Shown: piece after piece, positions 28,000 to 37,795 of the stretch | How the letters are laid out: the number at the start of each line of letters is the position of its first letter | How positions within the stretch are numbered: the first letter of the stretch is position 1 | From: Gemmatimonadota bacterium | GTDB taxonomy: Bacteria > Gemmatimonadota > Gemmatimonadetes > Gemmatimonadales > GWC2-71-9 | Direction of reading: 5' to 3' | Length of the DNA: 64,000 nucleotides | Assembly (NCBI GenBank): GCA_016874005.1 | Contig: VGVQ01000011.1 | Span: 48,415 to 112,414, forward strand | The notes under the pieces: model-generated | Database searches by the model: none | The model's input: the letters and a program-made list of their open reading frames with translations, nothing else | Told to the model about the DNA's origin: nothing | Position numbers and translations under genes: made by a program

Positions 28000-29257
28000 C
28001 GGCGCCTCGAGCGGACTTCGAGGATTGGACCTCCGAGCTGGCCACCAGGGCGGTGGCGGCGAGGTTGCCGGTGACGTTCACCACCGTGGCGAACATGTCG
28101 GGCAGGGCGTCCACCGCGATCAGGATCCCGATCCCTTCCACCGGGAGCCCCACCGCGGTGAACAAGGGTGCCAGCAACAGAAAGGCCCCCCGGGGAACCC
28201 CGGGTGCCCCGAAGGAAAGGAACACCGCGGCCAGAGCCACCAAGAGGACCGAACCGGTGCCGAGCGGAATCTGGTAGAACCAGCTCACGAACAGCATCCC
28301 GACCAGCCACGCCACCGGAGCCGCCAGCTTGAACACCGAGACCGCCAGGGGGAGCACGAACCCGGAGACCCGCTGGGGAATGCCGAGGGGACCTTCCGCG
28401 GCCTCGATCAGCGCCGGCAGAGTGGCGATGGACGAGCTCGAGCTGATCCCGATCAGCTGAACCGGAAGCGCGGCCTTGGCGAACCGGCGGATCGGGACTT
28501 TGGCCCCGATCGCGACCACGGGGTAGAGCAGGGCGGTCACCACCAGGCAGGCGATCCCGTACACCAGGATGTAGAAGCCGATCGCCCCGGCGGCCTTGAG
28601 ACCGGTCGTGGCGGCGAGCTGGTACATCAGCGCGAACACCCCGATCGGCGCCAGCCCGATGACCCACCGGACGATCACGAGCATGGTGTCCGCCACCGCC
28701 CGGAAGAACCTGAGCAAGGTGTCGCGAGGGGCCGATTCGATCCGGAGCATCGCGAGGGCGAAGAGCACCGTGAAGAGGATCACCGACACCATCGCCCCGT
28801 CGGCGAGGGCGGCGAACGGATTGGTCGGCAGGAGGGTGGTGATCCAGGCCGCGAAGGTGGGCGCCTGGCCGCTCGCGGCCAGCTGGCTCGCCGCTTCCTC
28901 GGCGCCTTGAGGCAGCGGCGGCCGGCCGGCTGGATCGAGCGGAAGGAGCCCGAACACCCGAGGGGCGACCGGCGTCATCACCACCGCGGCGCCGATCAGT
29001 AACAACACGAACACGAGCAGGGTCCGGCCTCCCAGCCGGCCGACCATCTTGACTTCCGCGGTCGAGGCGACGGCCGTGATCACCAGCGCGATGACCAGGG
29101 GAAGGACGGTCATCCGAATGGCGTTGATCCAGATCGAGCCGATCGGCCCGAGCCAGTCCGCGGCGACCCGCCAGGGACCGGCCTCGGTGCTCGAAGCGAA
29201 CGTTCCCAGGGCGAGCCCGGCGGCCAGGGCAACCGCCACGCGGGTGTTGGCGCTCAT
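27989..29257 (-). CDS. Dicarboxylate/amino acid:cation symporter (DAACS, GltP-like)
   Basis: Start ATG 29257; IRMTVLPLV, PTNPF, LAPIGVFAL, SSSSIATLP, APGVP, D..PDMFATVVNVTG. Confidence 0.88.
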   Translation of the reverse strand: MSANTRVAVALAAGLALGTFASSTEAGPWRVAADWLGPIGSIWINAIRMTVLPLVIALVITAVASTAEVKMVGRLGGRTLLVFVLLLIGAAVVMTPVAPRVFGLLPLDPAGRPPLPQGAEEAASQLAASGQAPTFAAWITTLLPTNPFAALADGAMVSVILFTVLFALAMLRIESAPRDTLLRFFRAVADTMLVIVRWVIGLAPIGVFALMYQLAATTGLKAAGAIGFYILVYGIACLVVTALLYPVVAIGAKVPIRRFAKAALPVQLIGISSSSSIATLPALIEAAEGPLGIPQRVSGFVLPLAVSVFKLAAPVAWLVGMLFVSWFYQIPLGTGSVLLVALAAVFLSFGAPGVPRGAFLLLAPLFTAVGLPVEGIGILIAVDALPDMFATVVNVTGNLAATALVASSEVQSSKSARGADAE

Positions 29258-29347
29258 CGGTCCTCGGCGGCGGTCGACGGTGACGGGTTTGACGGGTCTT
29301 CCCGACCCAATGTATTCATTTCCCACCTTCACGGAAGCCGGCCCTCG

Positions 29348-31240
29348 GTGACCAGCGACGATCGACGGCTCGGAATGGACCGCCCCATTTCCCGGCGGGA
29401 CTTCCTCGACGGCGTGGCCATCGCGATCGGGGCAACCCCGTTGAGCCGTTTGGGGAACCAGCCGGCTCTGGTGGCCGACTATCCACCCTCGCGAACCGGA
29501 CTCCGGGGTTCCCACCCCGGCTCGTTCGAGATCTTCCACAGCCTGCGCGATGGCCGCTACTGGAGCACGGCGCCTAACGCCAGCGACAGCGGCGAGCGCT
29601 ATGACGTGGTGATCGTCGGGGCCGGGATCTCAGGCCTCGCCGCCGCCCATTACTACCGCCGGGCCGTTCCCCGGGCCCGGATCCTGATCCTCGACAACCA
29701 CGACGACTTCGGTGGCCACGCCAAGCGCAACGAGTTCAGCCACGAGGGCCGAACCTACCTGGGCTACGGAGGTACTCAGTCGATCGAAAGCCCCGGCGAG
29801 TACAGTCCGACGGCCAAGGCCCTCCTCCGGGAACTCGGGATCAAGGTGGAGAACTACCGTCTCCATCTCGATCGGGCGCTTCACCGCCGCCATCGGCTGA
29901 TGCCGGCCACCTTTTTCGATCGGGAGACGTTCGGGACCGACGCCCTGGTCCGGGAAGGCCCGGAAGGTGCCCTGGCCGGGTGGGCCGACCGCGCTCCCCT
30001 GTCGGCCGCCGCCAAACGCGATCTCCTCCGTCTCGACCGGGAGCCGTTCGATCCCTTTCCAGGCGAGTCGAGCCAGGCCAAGCGGCTTCGGCTCGCCCGG
30101 ATGAGCTACCGCGATTTCCTCACCAAGGTGTGGCAGGTGGACCCAGCGGTCGGGCAGGTCTTCCAGGCCTCGACCCACAGCCTCTTCGGAGCCGGAATCG
30201 ACGCGGTCTCGGCCCAGGACGCATTCGGGTTAGGGCTCCCCGGGTTCAAGGGACTCGGGCTCGCCGCGGCCCCGGGGCCTGGTCAAAATCACGATGCGGT
30301 CCGCAGTCGCGCGGCGGAGCAGTTCTACTTCCACTTCCCGGATGGCAACGCGACCATCGCCCGGCTCCTGGTGCGCCGCTTGATTCCCGCGGCGGTACCC
30401 GGGGCGTCGGTGGACGACGTCGTCACGGCGCGGGTGGATTACGCCGCGCTCGACCGACCCGAGTCCGGCGTCCGGATCCGCCTGTCGAGCCCGGTGGTTC
30501 GGGTGCGGCACCTCGGCGATCCCACGACGGCACCGGAGGTGGAGGTCAGCTACGCCCAGCCCAACCGGCTGGCCACCGTTCGGGCCAGAGCCGTCGTCCT
30601 CGCCTGCTGGCATGCCCCGATTCCCTACCTCTGCCCGGAACTCCCGGCCGAGCAGAAGAAGGCTCTGTCGTTCGCCGTCAAGGTGCCACTGGTCTACACC
30701 AACGTCCTGGTCAGAAACTGGCGGCCGTTCGTCAAGCTCGGCGTGAGCCGAATCGAATGCCCGGCCGGGTTCTATTCCGCGATCGAGCTCGACGCTCCGG
30801 TCTCGATCGGGCGGTACCGGCACCCCCGGGATCCCGATCAGCCGATCGTGCTCCACCTCTCCCGCGCTGGCTGCAAACCGGGCCTCCCCATTCGCGAGCA
30901 GCACCGGGTCGGCCGGATCGAGCTGTTCTCGACAGCTTTCGAGACGCTCGAACGGCGGACCCGCGACCAATTGGCCCGAGTCCTCGGGCCCGGGGGTTTC
31001 GACCCCGCGGCCGACATCCTGGCCATGACGGTGAACCGCTGGCCGCACGGCTACGCCTATCAATACAACTCGCTCTGGGACGACTTCTGGCTTCGCGGCG
31101 AGGCGGGACCCTGCGAGCTGGCCCGGCGCCCATTCGGTCGAATCGCGATCGCCAACAGCGACGCCGGGGCCTATTCCTATACCGATGCGGCCATCGACCA
31201 CGCCTTCCGGGCGGTGGAGGAACTGGGGCGCCTAACGTAA
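29348..31240 (+). CDS. Spermidine dehydrogenase (SpdH)-like FAD-dependent oxidoreductase with Tat motif
   Basis: ISRRDFLDG, YPP.RTGLRGSHPGSFE, VVIVGAGISGLAAA, DNHDDFGGHAKRNEF, VNRWPHGYAY, IAIANSDAG. Confidence 0.8.
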   Translation: MTSDDRRLGMDRPISRRDFLDGVAIAIGATPLSRLGNQPALVADYPPSRTGLRGSHPGSFEIFHSLRDGRYWSTAPNASDSGERYDVVIVGAGISGLAAAHYYRRAVPRARILILDNHDDFGGHAKRNEFSHEGRTYLGYGGTQSIESPGEYSPTAKALLRELGIKVENYRLHLDRALHRRHRLMPATFFDRETFGTDALVREGPEGALAGWADRAPLSAAAKRDLLRLDREPFDPFPGESSQAKRLRLARMSYRDFLTKVWQVDPAVGQVFQASTHSLFGAGIDAVSAQDAFGLGLPGFKGLGLAAAPGPGQNHDAVRSRAAEQFYFHFPDGNATIARLLVRRLIPAAVPGASVDDVVTARVDYAALDRPESGVRIRLSSPVVRVRHLGDPTTAPEVEVSYAQPNRLATVRARAVVLACWHAPIPYLCPELPAEQKKALSFAVKVPLVYTNVLVRNWRPFVKLGVSRIECPAGFYSAIELDAPVSIGRYRHPRDPDQPIVLHLSRAGCKPGLPIREQHRVGRIELFSTAFETLERRTRDQLARVLGPGGFDPAADILAMTVNRWPHGYAYQYNSLWDDFWLRGEAGPCELARRPFGRIAIANSDAGAYSYTDAAIDHAFRAVEELGRLT

Positions 31241-31327
31241 GGGCCGGCTCGGGCGGATTTGCCAAATGGCCGGTTTCGGGCGATCCTTGGATGACGCACG
31301 GTGGTCCTTCACGAAAAAGGGGGCGGT

Positions 31328-31894
31328 ATGCGACACCCGATGGGGACGATCTCGGCGGGGCTGCTGGTGTTGGCACTCGGCGCCTGCGCCAAGGGCTCGG
31401 CCGAGCGGGCGATCACCGCCGCGGAGAAGGCCGTCGCCGGAATCCAGGCCGATGCGAGCAAGATCGCTCCCGCAGAGCTGAAGGCGCTGACCGACAGCAT
31501 CGCGGCGATGAAGGCCCACGTCGCAGCCGGCGATCACCGGGCAGCCTTGATGGGGGGACGGAGCGTCGCCACCGGAGCCCGCGACCTGGGCTCGAGTCTC
31601 GCCACCAGGAAGGAGCAACTCACCACCAGCTTCAACGCCGTCGCCGGCGAACTCCCGGCCCAGCTCACCGCCGTCCTCGCCCGGATCAAGGAACTCCAGG
31701 GACTTCGCCGCCTCCCCGGCGGAATCGATCCCGCCAAGTTCTCGGCCTTGGCCGCGGATGCTGGAGGCTGGGAAACGGCATGGAAGGCCGCGGCCGACGG
31801 ATTCGCGGCTGGCAACTTGTCGGAGGCCCTTTCCCAAGCCCGGGCCATTGCCACCAAGGTCGCGGATGCCAGAAGCCTGCTGGGCATGAGCTGA
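31328..31894 (+). CDS. Hypothetical alpha-helical lipoprotein
   Basis: ATG 31328 after a purine-rich RBS; lipobox LGAC; Ala-rich helical body; codon usage typical of the window. Confidence 0.65.
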   Translation: MRHPMGTISAGLLVLALGACAKGSAERAITAAEKAVAGIQADASKIAPAELKALTDSIAAMKAHVAAGDHRAALMGGRSVATGARDLGSSLATRKEQLTTSFNAVAGELPAQLTAVLARIKELQGLRRLPGGIDPAKFSALAADAGGWETAWKAAADGFAAGNLSEALSQARAIATKVADARSLLGMS

Positions 31895-32009
31895 AGTCGG
31901 TGCGGGCTGCATTGGTCTGCACCATGGCGCATTTCCCTGCACAGTGGAACGCGACGAGTCGGTCCTGACGGCTTCCGCTAACACGAACAACGACAACTAG
32001 TTGGACCGT

Positions 32010-32025
32010 CGGCCCCAAGCTTGCT
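32010..32025 (+). promoter_or_regulatory. Putative sigma-54 (-24/-12) promoter of the pilin-like gene
   Basis: cGGccccaagcttGCt: GG-N10-GC with TTGCT at -12; imperfect palindrome TGCACCATGGCGCA at 31918-31931 could be an enhancer. Confidence 0.5.
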
Positions 32026-32055
32026 GCTGGTGGTGCGAGCAAGGGGAAGATTTCG

Positions 32056-32535
32056 ATGCGCCACACCACAGCCGCCAGGATGACCGACCGAAGCCGCCTA
32101 GGACGGGCGGGGTTCACGCTTATCGAGCTGCTCGCCGTGCTCGTGGTCAGCGGCGTGCTGGCGTCGGTGGCGATCAGTCGGGTCCGCTACACCATCGAAC
32201 AGGCCAGGACCGCCCGAGCCATCGGTGATCTGCGGGCGCTGTCCGCCGACATTCAGGGCTATCTCGCGGCGGCCCAAACGCTGCCGCCCTCGCTCGCGGA
32301 TGTCGACCGAGCCGGCATGCTCGATCCCTGGGGCCGGCCCTACGTATACGTAGTCTTTGCCTTCGGCGGGACGCCTCGAACCGATGCCTTCGGTGTCGAC
32401 CTCAACACCGACTTCGATATCTACAGTAACGGCCCGGATGGCAACTCATCCCTGGCCTTGAGCTCGGCCGCCGCGCTCGACGACGTGTTGCGTGGCAATG
32501 ACGGAGGGTTCCTTGGCCGAGGATCGAGGTACTAA
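32056..32535 (+). CDS. Type IV pilin / GspG-like pseudopilin (prepilin N-methylation motif)
   Basis: AG|FTLIELLAVLVV cleavage site; DPWGRPYVY and FDIYSNGPDG GspG-like motifs. Confidence 0.85.
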   Translation: MRHTTAARMTDRSRLGRAGFTLIELLAVLVVSGVLASVAISRVRYTIEQARTARAIGDLRALSADIQGYLAAAQTLPPSLADVDRAGMLDPWGRPYVYVVFAFGGTPRTDAFGVDLNTDFDIYSNGPDGNSSLALSSAAALDDVLRGNDGGFLGRGSRY

Positions 32536-32541
32536 CCAACT

Positions 32542-33192
32542 ATGAGCGCACCAGTCACCCCTGAAAAACCGGTCACGGCCCAGCCCGTCGCCCCGGCACC
32601 CGCCGCCGACCAGGATCCGTCCAGCTACGTGTCGGGCATCGCGGACGGGAACCTCGCCACCCCGATGCGGCTGCGGGACTATCTCGCTGGGGTGGGCGTG
32701 GTCTTCCGCTTGTCCAGGCGGGACAAAGTCGCCGAGCGACGAGCCCTCGCTGAGGAGGTGGCCGCGCTCGAGGCCAAGCGGATCCGGATCCCGGTCCGGG
32801 CCATCCTCAAAGTGCTTGCGCCGGTCGCGGCGGTGGCGATCGCCTGGTCCGCCTACGAGCGATTCGGTGGCGCTCCGCTGCCCGAGGCGGTATCGGGGAC
32901 CTGGACCACCCAGGACGGCAAATACAAAGGGCGGAATTTCTGGATCAACGGCGAGTCGGTGGCTTTCCAGACCGGAGAGAGTACCAACAACTTCACCATC
33001 TACCCGATCCGGAAGGTCACCACTCGCGAGGCGTCTGATACCCTCGTGGTGGCCGTGGATTACGAGACCGAGGGCCAACGCGCCACGCTGACACTGAGCT
33101 ACCTCGGGGCCCCGGCACCGGAGATCCGCCTGGTCAACCAGCCGTCGATCCGCTGGACCCGGGTCGGCGATGCCCCGGTCATGTCGCGTTAG
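32542..33192 (+). CDS. Hypothetical single-TM protein co-transcribed with the pilin
   Basis: Starts 6 nt after the pilin stop; one hydrophobic segment then a beta-rich domain (SGTWTT). Confidence 0.6.
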   Translation: MSAPVTPEKPVTAQPVAPAPAADQDPSSYVSGIADGNLATPMRLRDYLAGVGVVFRLSRRDKVAERRALAEEVAALEAKRIRIPVRAILKVLAPVAAVAIAWSAYERFGGAPLPEAVSGTWTTQDGKYKGRNFWINGESVAFQTGESTNNFTIYPIRKVTTREASDTLVVAVDYETEGQRATLTLSYLGAPAPEIRLVNQPSIRWTRVGDAPVMSR

Positions 33193-33272
33193 CTCCCCGT
33201 CAGCCCGGTCCGGGTTACCCTAGTCGGAGCCGCAGTTAGAGGTAGATTGGCCTCATCACCACGAGGCCAATC

Positions 33273-34271
33273 ATGCCTGTCAGAATCCTGAATCAACAGC
33301 AGGTCACCGCCTTGTTGCCGATGGCCGAGTGCGTCGACCTCATGGGGAAGACCCTCGAGACCTTGTCGGCCGGCGGTGCCATCTTGCCGTTGCGAACCAT
33401 GCTCCGGCTGCCGGACAACCGCGGCATCTTCGGTTCGATGCCCTCCTACCTCAACCCCCCGGACGCTATCGGGCTCAAGGCGATCACGGTCATCCCGGGC
33501 AACGAGGGGACCAAGTACGACTCCCACCAGGGGGTCGTGCTGCTCTTCGAGGCCAAACACGGTTCCCTCGAGGCGATCCTGGACGCCAGCTCGATCACCG
33601 CGATCCGCACCGCCGCGGTGAGCGGGGTGGCCACCCGGGTGTTGGCGCGGCCCGATGCCGGTGACCTCGCCATTCTCGGCAGCGGGGTGCAGGCGCAAAC
33701 CCATCTCGACGCGGTGGCGGTGGCCCGCCAGCTCCGCCGGGTCCGGGTGTGGAGTCGAAGCCGAGCCAACGCCGAGGCCTTTCGGACCCAGGCGGCGGGA
33801 CGCTCACCTTGCCCAATCGAGGTGTGCGAGACCGCCGAAGCGGCCGTTCGGGGGGCCGACGTGGTCTGCGCCGTCACCGCCGCCCGGACCCCGATCATCG
33901 AGCGCCGCTGGCTCAGCGATGGGGTGCATCTCAATCTCGTCGGCTCGAGCCAGCCCACGACCCGGGAGGCCGATAGCGACACCATGGCGGCGGCGCGGGT
34001 CTATTGCGACCGGCGGGAGTCCTTGCTGGCCGAAAGTGGGGACTTCCTGATCCCGAAGTCCGAGGGCCGCTTTGGCGACGATCACCTGGTTGGCGAACTC
34101 GGCGACGTCCTCCTTGGCAAGGTCCCGGGCCGTCGCTCCGTCAGCGACATCACCGTCTTCAAGTCCCTCGGGCTCGCGATCGAAGACCTTGCCTCGGCCC
34201 ATCTGGTAACCCGCCGGGCCGAGGCCCAAGGGATCGGCACCGTGCTCGAGATCGGCGGCCTCCGCCATTAG
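33273..34271 (+). CDS. Ornithine cyclodeaminase / mu-crystallin (ketimine reductase, alanine dehydrogenase) family
   Basis: GLKAITV.PGN, ITAIRTAAVS, ILGSGVQAQTH, ITVFKSLGLAIEDL. Confidence 0.9.
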   Translation: MPVRILNQQQVTALLPMAECVDLMGKTLETLSAGGAILPLRTMLRLPDNRGIFGSMPSYLNPPDAIGLKAITVIPGNEGTKYDSHQGVVLLFEAKHGSLEAILDASSITAIRTAAVSGVATRVLARPDAGDLAILGSGVQAQTHLDAVAVARQLRRVRVWSRSRANAEAFRTQAAGRSPCPIEVCETAEAAVRGADVVCAVTAARTPIIERRWLSDGVHLNLVGSSQPTTREADSDTMAAARVYCDRRESLLAESGDFLIPKSEGRFGDDHLVGELGDVLLGKVPGRRSVSDITVFKSLGLAIEDLASAHLVTRRAEAQGIGTVLEIGGLRH

Positions 34272-34281
34272 GCGGCCGCCC

Positions 34282-34401
34282 GTCGATCCCGTGACCTTGG
34301 CCGCCGCGGCCGGTCTGGGGCTCCTGTTGGCGCTGGCGAGCGCGTTGTCTGCCTGGCGCGCCAGGACGACCGACCCGGTGCAGCCGCTCCGCCGCGACTG
34401 A
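34282..34401 (+). pseudogene. C-terminal remnant of an FtsX/MacB (ADOP-type) ABC permease
   Basis: VDPVTLAAAAGLGLLLALASALSAWRARTTDPVQPLRRD* matches the DP.T...(P)ARRA..DP..ALR.(D/E) terminus; no upstream gene body. Confidence 0.6.
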
Positions 34402-34464
34402 GACCAGCCGCTTACCTCTCCCGGGGCGATACCGTACATTCGGGCATCGTCCCGACCCCCGACC

Positions 34465-35571
34465 GTGCGCTTCGTTCTCAACCGCTTCCGCGAGCCCGGG
34501 CCGTTCCCCGTGCCGTCCGCCGAACCCGTGCGGGCGTTTCACCGATCGTTGGCCGGCTACCAACCCACCCAGCTCTATCGGTTGACCGGCTTGGCGCGGA
34601 GCCTCGGCATCCGGGACCTCTACCTCAAATACGAGGGGACCCGGTTTGGTCTCGGCGCCTTCAAGGCGCTGGGCGGCTCGTGGGCTCTCCACCGGTTGCT
34701 GGCGACCCGGCCGGGGACCTTCTCGACGGTGTCCACCGCGAGCGAGGGGAACCACGGTCGGTCGGTGGCCTGGGCCGCTCGCCTGATGAAGGTGCCGTGC
34801 GTGATCTTCCTGCCGGCCCATGCCGCCCCGGAGCGGATCGCCAACATCGAGAAGGAAGGCGCCACGGTCGTACTGGTCGACGGCACCTATGAGGACGCGG
34901 TCCGCCGGTGCGACACCGAAAGCCGGGCGCGGGGTTGGCAGATCGTCTCGGATGTCGGCTATCCCGGCTACCTGGAGATTCCGCCGCTGGTCGTCGAGGG
35001 GTATCGAACCCTCTATCTCGAAATCGACGAGCAGTTAGGCGCTCAGGGCCTTGCTGGTCCCGATCTCGTCCTCATCCCGGGCGGCGTGGGCGGGATCCTC
35101 CACGCCGGCATCGACCACTACCGGGCTCTCGCCAACCCGCCAGCGATCGTCGCGGTGGAGCCGGCGGCCGCCGACTGCCTGGCCGCCTCGCTCGCCTCGC
35201 CCGACGGTCAGCCCGCGGTGTCCAGTGGCGACCGGAACACCACGCTGGCCTGCCTCAACTGCGCCGAAGTGTCGCTCCCGTCCTGGCCGGCGATTCGCCG
35301 CGGGGTCGACGCCGTGCTCGCTGTCGACGACGACGCGGCCATCGACGCGGTGCGGCGGCTCGACCGGCCGGTCGCGCCGGACCCGAGGATCGAAGCGGGG
35401 AACTCCGGGGCCGCCGCGACCGGCGGGCTGCTCGCCATCGCGGCCGACCCTCGCTGTGCCGAGCTCAAGCGGGCGCTCGGGGTTGACCCCAACACCGTTG
35501 CGTTGGCGATCTGCACCGAGGGCGCCATCGACCGAACCGAATTCCTTCGAGTAACCGGAGCGACACGATGA
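34465..35571 (+). CDS. Diaminopropionate ammonia-lyase family PLP enzyme
   Basis: YQPT.L, E.TRFGLGAFKALGGS (PLP Lys), ASEGNHGRSVAWAA, GTYEDAV, GGVG, LACLNCAE. Confidence 0.82.
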   Translation: MRFVLNRFREPGPFPVPSAEPVRAFHRSLAGYQPTQLYRLTGLARSLGIRDLYLKYEGTRFGLGAFKALGGSWALHRLLATRPGTFSTVSTASEGNHGRSVAWAARLMKVPCVIFLPAHAAPERIANIEKEGATVVLVDGTYEDAVRRCDTESRARGWQIVSDVGYPGYLEIPPLVVEGYRTLYLEIDEQLGAQGLAGPDLVLIPGGVGGILHAGIDHYRALANPPAIVAVEPAAADCLAASLASPDGQPAVSSGDRNTTLACLNCAEVSLPSWPAIRRGVDAVLAVDDDAAIDAVRRLDRPVAPDPRIEAGNSGAAATGGLLAIAADPRCAELKRALGVDPNTVALAICTEGAIDRTEFLRVTGATR

Positions 35572-37199
35572 TTCGAACGACCCTCTGCCTCGTCCTCGCG
35601 GCGCTGACGACCGCAACAGCTGTCGCGGCCCAAACCCGCCCGGCGGCGCCGGCCGATTCGCTCGACCTGGTGATCGCCGGCGGACGGATCGTCGACGGCA
35701 CCGGCCGTCCGGGGTTTCTCGGCGAGGTCGGCATCCGGGGCGGCTGGATCGTTCGGGTCGGTCCCGCGGGGTCGCTCCGGCGGGTCCCCGCTCGGCAGCG
35801 GGTCAACGCCACCGGGCAGGTCATTTCGCCGGGATTCGTCGATGTCCACTCGCACACGGTCGACGCCATCCTCGGGGCGGAGCGCCGCTGGAACGAGGGG
35901 GTGGTGCGCCAGGGCGTCACCACGGTGCTCGGAGGGCCCGATGGCGGTTACGCCCCCGAGATGATGCACCGGGTGATCCGGTCCCTCGCCGCCCAAGGCG
36001 CCGGCACCAACGTCGCGCTGTACGTGGGCCACAACGGCGTTCGCCGAGCGGTCATGGCCAACGCCCAGCGGGCCCCAACCCCGGACGAGCTGGAGCGGAT
36101 GAAGGCCCTGGTGAAGGAAGGGATGGAACTTGGCGCGGTTGGGCTCTCCTCCGGCCTCATGTACGAGCCAGGGATGTTCAGTACCACCGACGAGGTGGTC
36201 GAGCTGGCCAAAGTGGTGGCGCCGTACCGCGGCGGCTACGACTCCCATGTCCGCGACCCTGTGAAGCGATTCCTCTGGTCGGACCAGGAGTGCATCGAGA
36301 TCGGCGAGCGGGCCGGCGTGGCGCCGAAGATCGGCCACGAGAAGGCAGTGGGGCTCGAGAACGCCGGCAAGATCTGGGACGTGATCGCGATGGTGAACGC
36401 CGCCCGGGCCCGCGGGCTCGACGCCGTCACCGATCAGTACCCCTACGATGGCGCCGCGACCTCGAACCTGGACAATATCGTCGTCCTGCCCAAGGACCTC
36501 CGCGGCCAGTCGGCCTTCGACTTGAAGGCGGCGCTCCGCGATCCCGCGGTCCGGGCCAGGTTCAAGGAGGCCAGCGAGAATGGGGTCGATGGCGGCTTCG
36601 CCTGGCTCAAGGCCACCGGGTATACCAGCATGCGGATCACCACCAGCCCCGAGCAACCGGCTCTGGTCGGCAAGTACCTCTCCGAGCTCGCCACCGAGCG
36701 CCGACTCGATCCGTTCGACTTGCTCGCCGAGCTGCTGCTGGGCGCGACCAAGCCGATCGGGATCACGCTGGGCGCCATCAAGGAGGCCGATGTGAGGGCC
36801 CTGATGGTGCAACCGTGGAACATGATCGCGAGCGACGGCGGCTACGTCGACGCCAAGACATCGACCATGGGGCACCCTCGCTCGACCGGCACCTTCCCGA
36901 GAGTGCTCGGCCACTACGTCCGGGAGGTCAAGCTCTTGACCCTCGAGGAGGCGGTCCGGAAGATGACCTCGTTGCCGGCCGACTGGAGCGGGCTGCGCGA
37001 CCGAGGCCGGATCCAGGAAGGGCAGGCGGCGGACATTGCCATCTTCGACCCCCGGACGGTGGCCGACCGCTCGACCTGGAGCGAGCCCAGTCTGATGTCG
37101 GTCGGGGTCCGTGACGTGCTCGTCGGCGGCGAATTCGTGCTCCGAGGCGGCGAGATGACCGGTCGGTCACCAGGTCGGTACCTCCGCGCCCGGCGGTGA
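35568..37199 (+). CDS. N-acyl-D-amino-acid deacylase family amidohydrolase, secreted
   Basis: Signal peptide; [34 protein letters not shown]...[10 protein letters not shown]. Confidence 0.88.
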   Translation: MIRTTLCLVLAALTTATAVAAQTRPAAPADSLDLVIAGGRIVDGTGRPGFLGEVGIRGGWIVRVGPAGSLRRVPARQRVNATGQVISPGFVDVHSHTVDAILGAERRWNEGVVRQGVTTVLGGPDGGYAPEMMHRVIRSLAAQGAGTNVALYVGHNGVRRAVMANAQRAPTPDELERMKALVKEGMELGAVGLSSGLMYEPGMFSTTDEVVELAKVVAPYRGGYDSHVRDPVKRFLWSDQECIEIGERAGVAPKIGHEKAVGLENAGKIWDVIAMVNAARARGLDAVTDQYPYDGAATSNLDNIVVLPKDLRGQSAFDLKAALRDPAVRARFKEASENGVDGGFAWLKATGYTSMRITTSPEQPALVGKYLSELATERRLDPFDLLAELLLGATKPIGITLGAIKEADVRALMVQPWNMIASDGGYVDAKTSTMGHPRSTGTFPRVLGHYVREVKLLTLEEAVRKMTSLPADWSGLRDRGRIQEGQAADIAIFDPRTVADRSTWSEPSLMSVGVRDVLVGGEFVLRGGEMTGRSPGRYLRARR

Positions 37200-37264
37200 T
37201 TGCCAACCGCTCGCCGCTGGGTTTGATTGCCCCGATCCCAACCCGTTTCGCCGAGGATTCTCCC

Positions 37265-37795
37265 ATGCCCGTCGCTCCGCCGATCAACCTCAAGAAGTGG
37301 GTGGAGGAGCACCGCGATCTCCTCAAACCGCCGGTTGGCAACAAGATGATCTGGCAGGATGCCGAGTTTCTGGTCATGGCCGTGGGTGGGCCGAACCAGC
37401 GCAAGGACTTCCACGTCGAGGACGGCGAAGAGTTCTTCTACCAGGTCGAGGGCGACATCGTCGTCCGGATCATCGAGGACGGCAAGGTCCGCGACGTCCC
37501 GATCAGGGAAGGGGAGATGTTCCTGCTCCCCGCGGGGATTCCCCATTCTCCCCAGCGGCCGGCCAACACGGTCGGGCTGGTGATCGAGCGGCAGCGGCAA
37601 GAGGGGGAGCACGACCACCTCCGCTGGTTCTGCGAGAAGTGCGGCGAGATGCTCTACGACGCCAGCTTCGAGCTGGTCGACCTCGGCAAACAGCTCAAGC
37701 CGCTGATGGAGAGCTTCTTCGCCGACGAGAAGAAGCGGACCTGCGGGAAGTGCGGGACCGTCATGGCTCCGCCGGCGCCGACTACGAGCAAGTGA
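37265..37795 (+). CDS. nbaC: 3-hydroxyanthranilate 3,4-dioxygenase
   Basis: Start ATG 37265; [31 protein letters not shown], rubredoxin-like CEKC/CGKC. Confidence 0.95.
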   Translation: MPVAPPINLKKWVEEHRDLLKPPVGNKMIWQDAEFLVMAVGGPNQRKDFHVEDGEEFFYQVEGDIVVRIIEDGKVRDVPIREGEMFLLPAGIPHSPQRPANTVGLVIERQRQEGEHDHLRWFCEKCGEMLYDASFELVDLGKQLKPLMESFFADEKKRTCGKCGTVMAPPAPTTSK

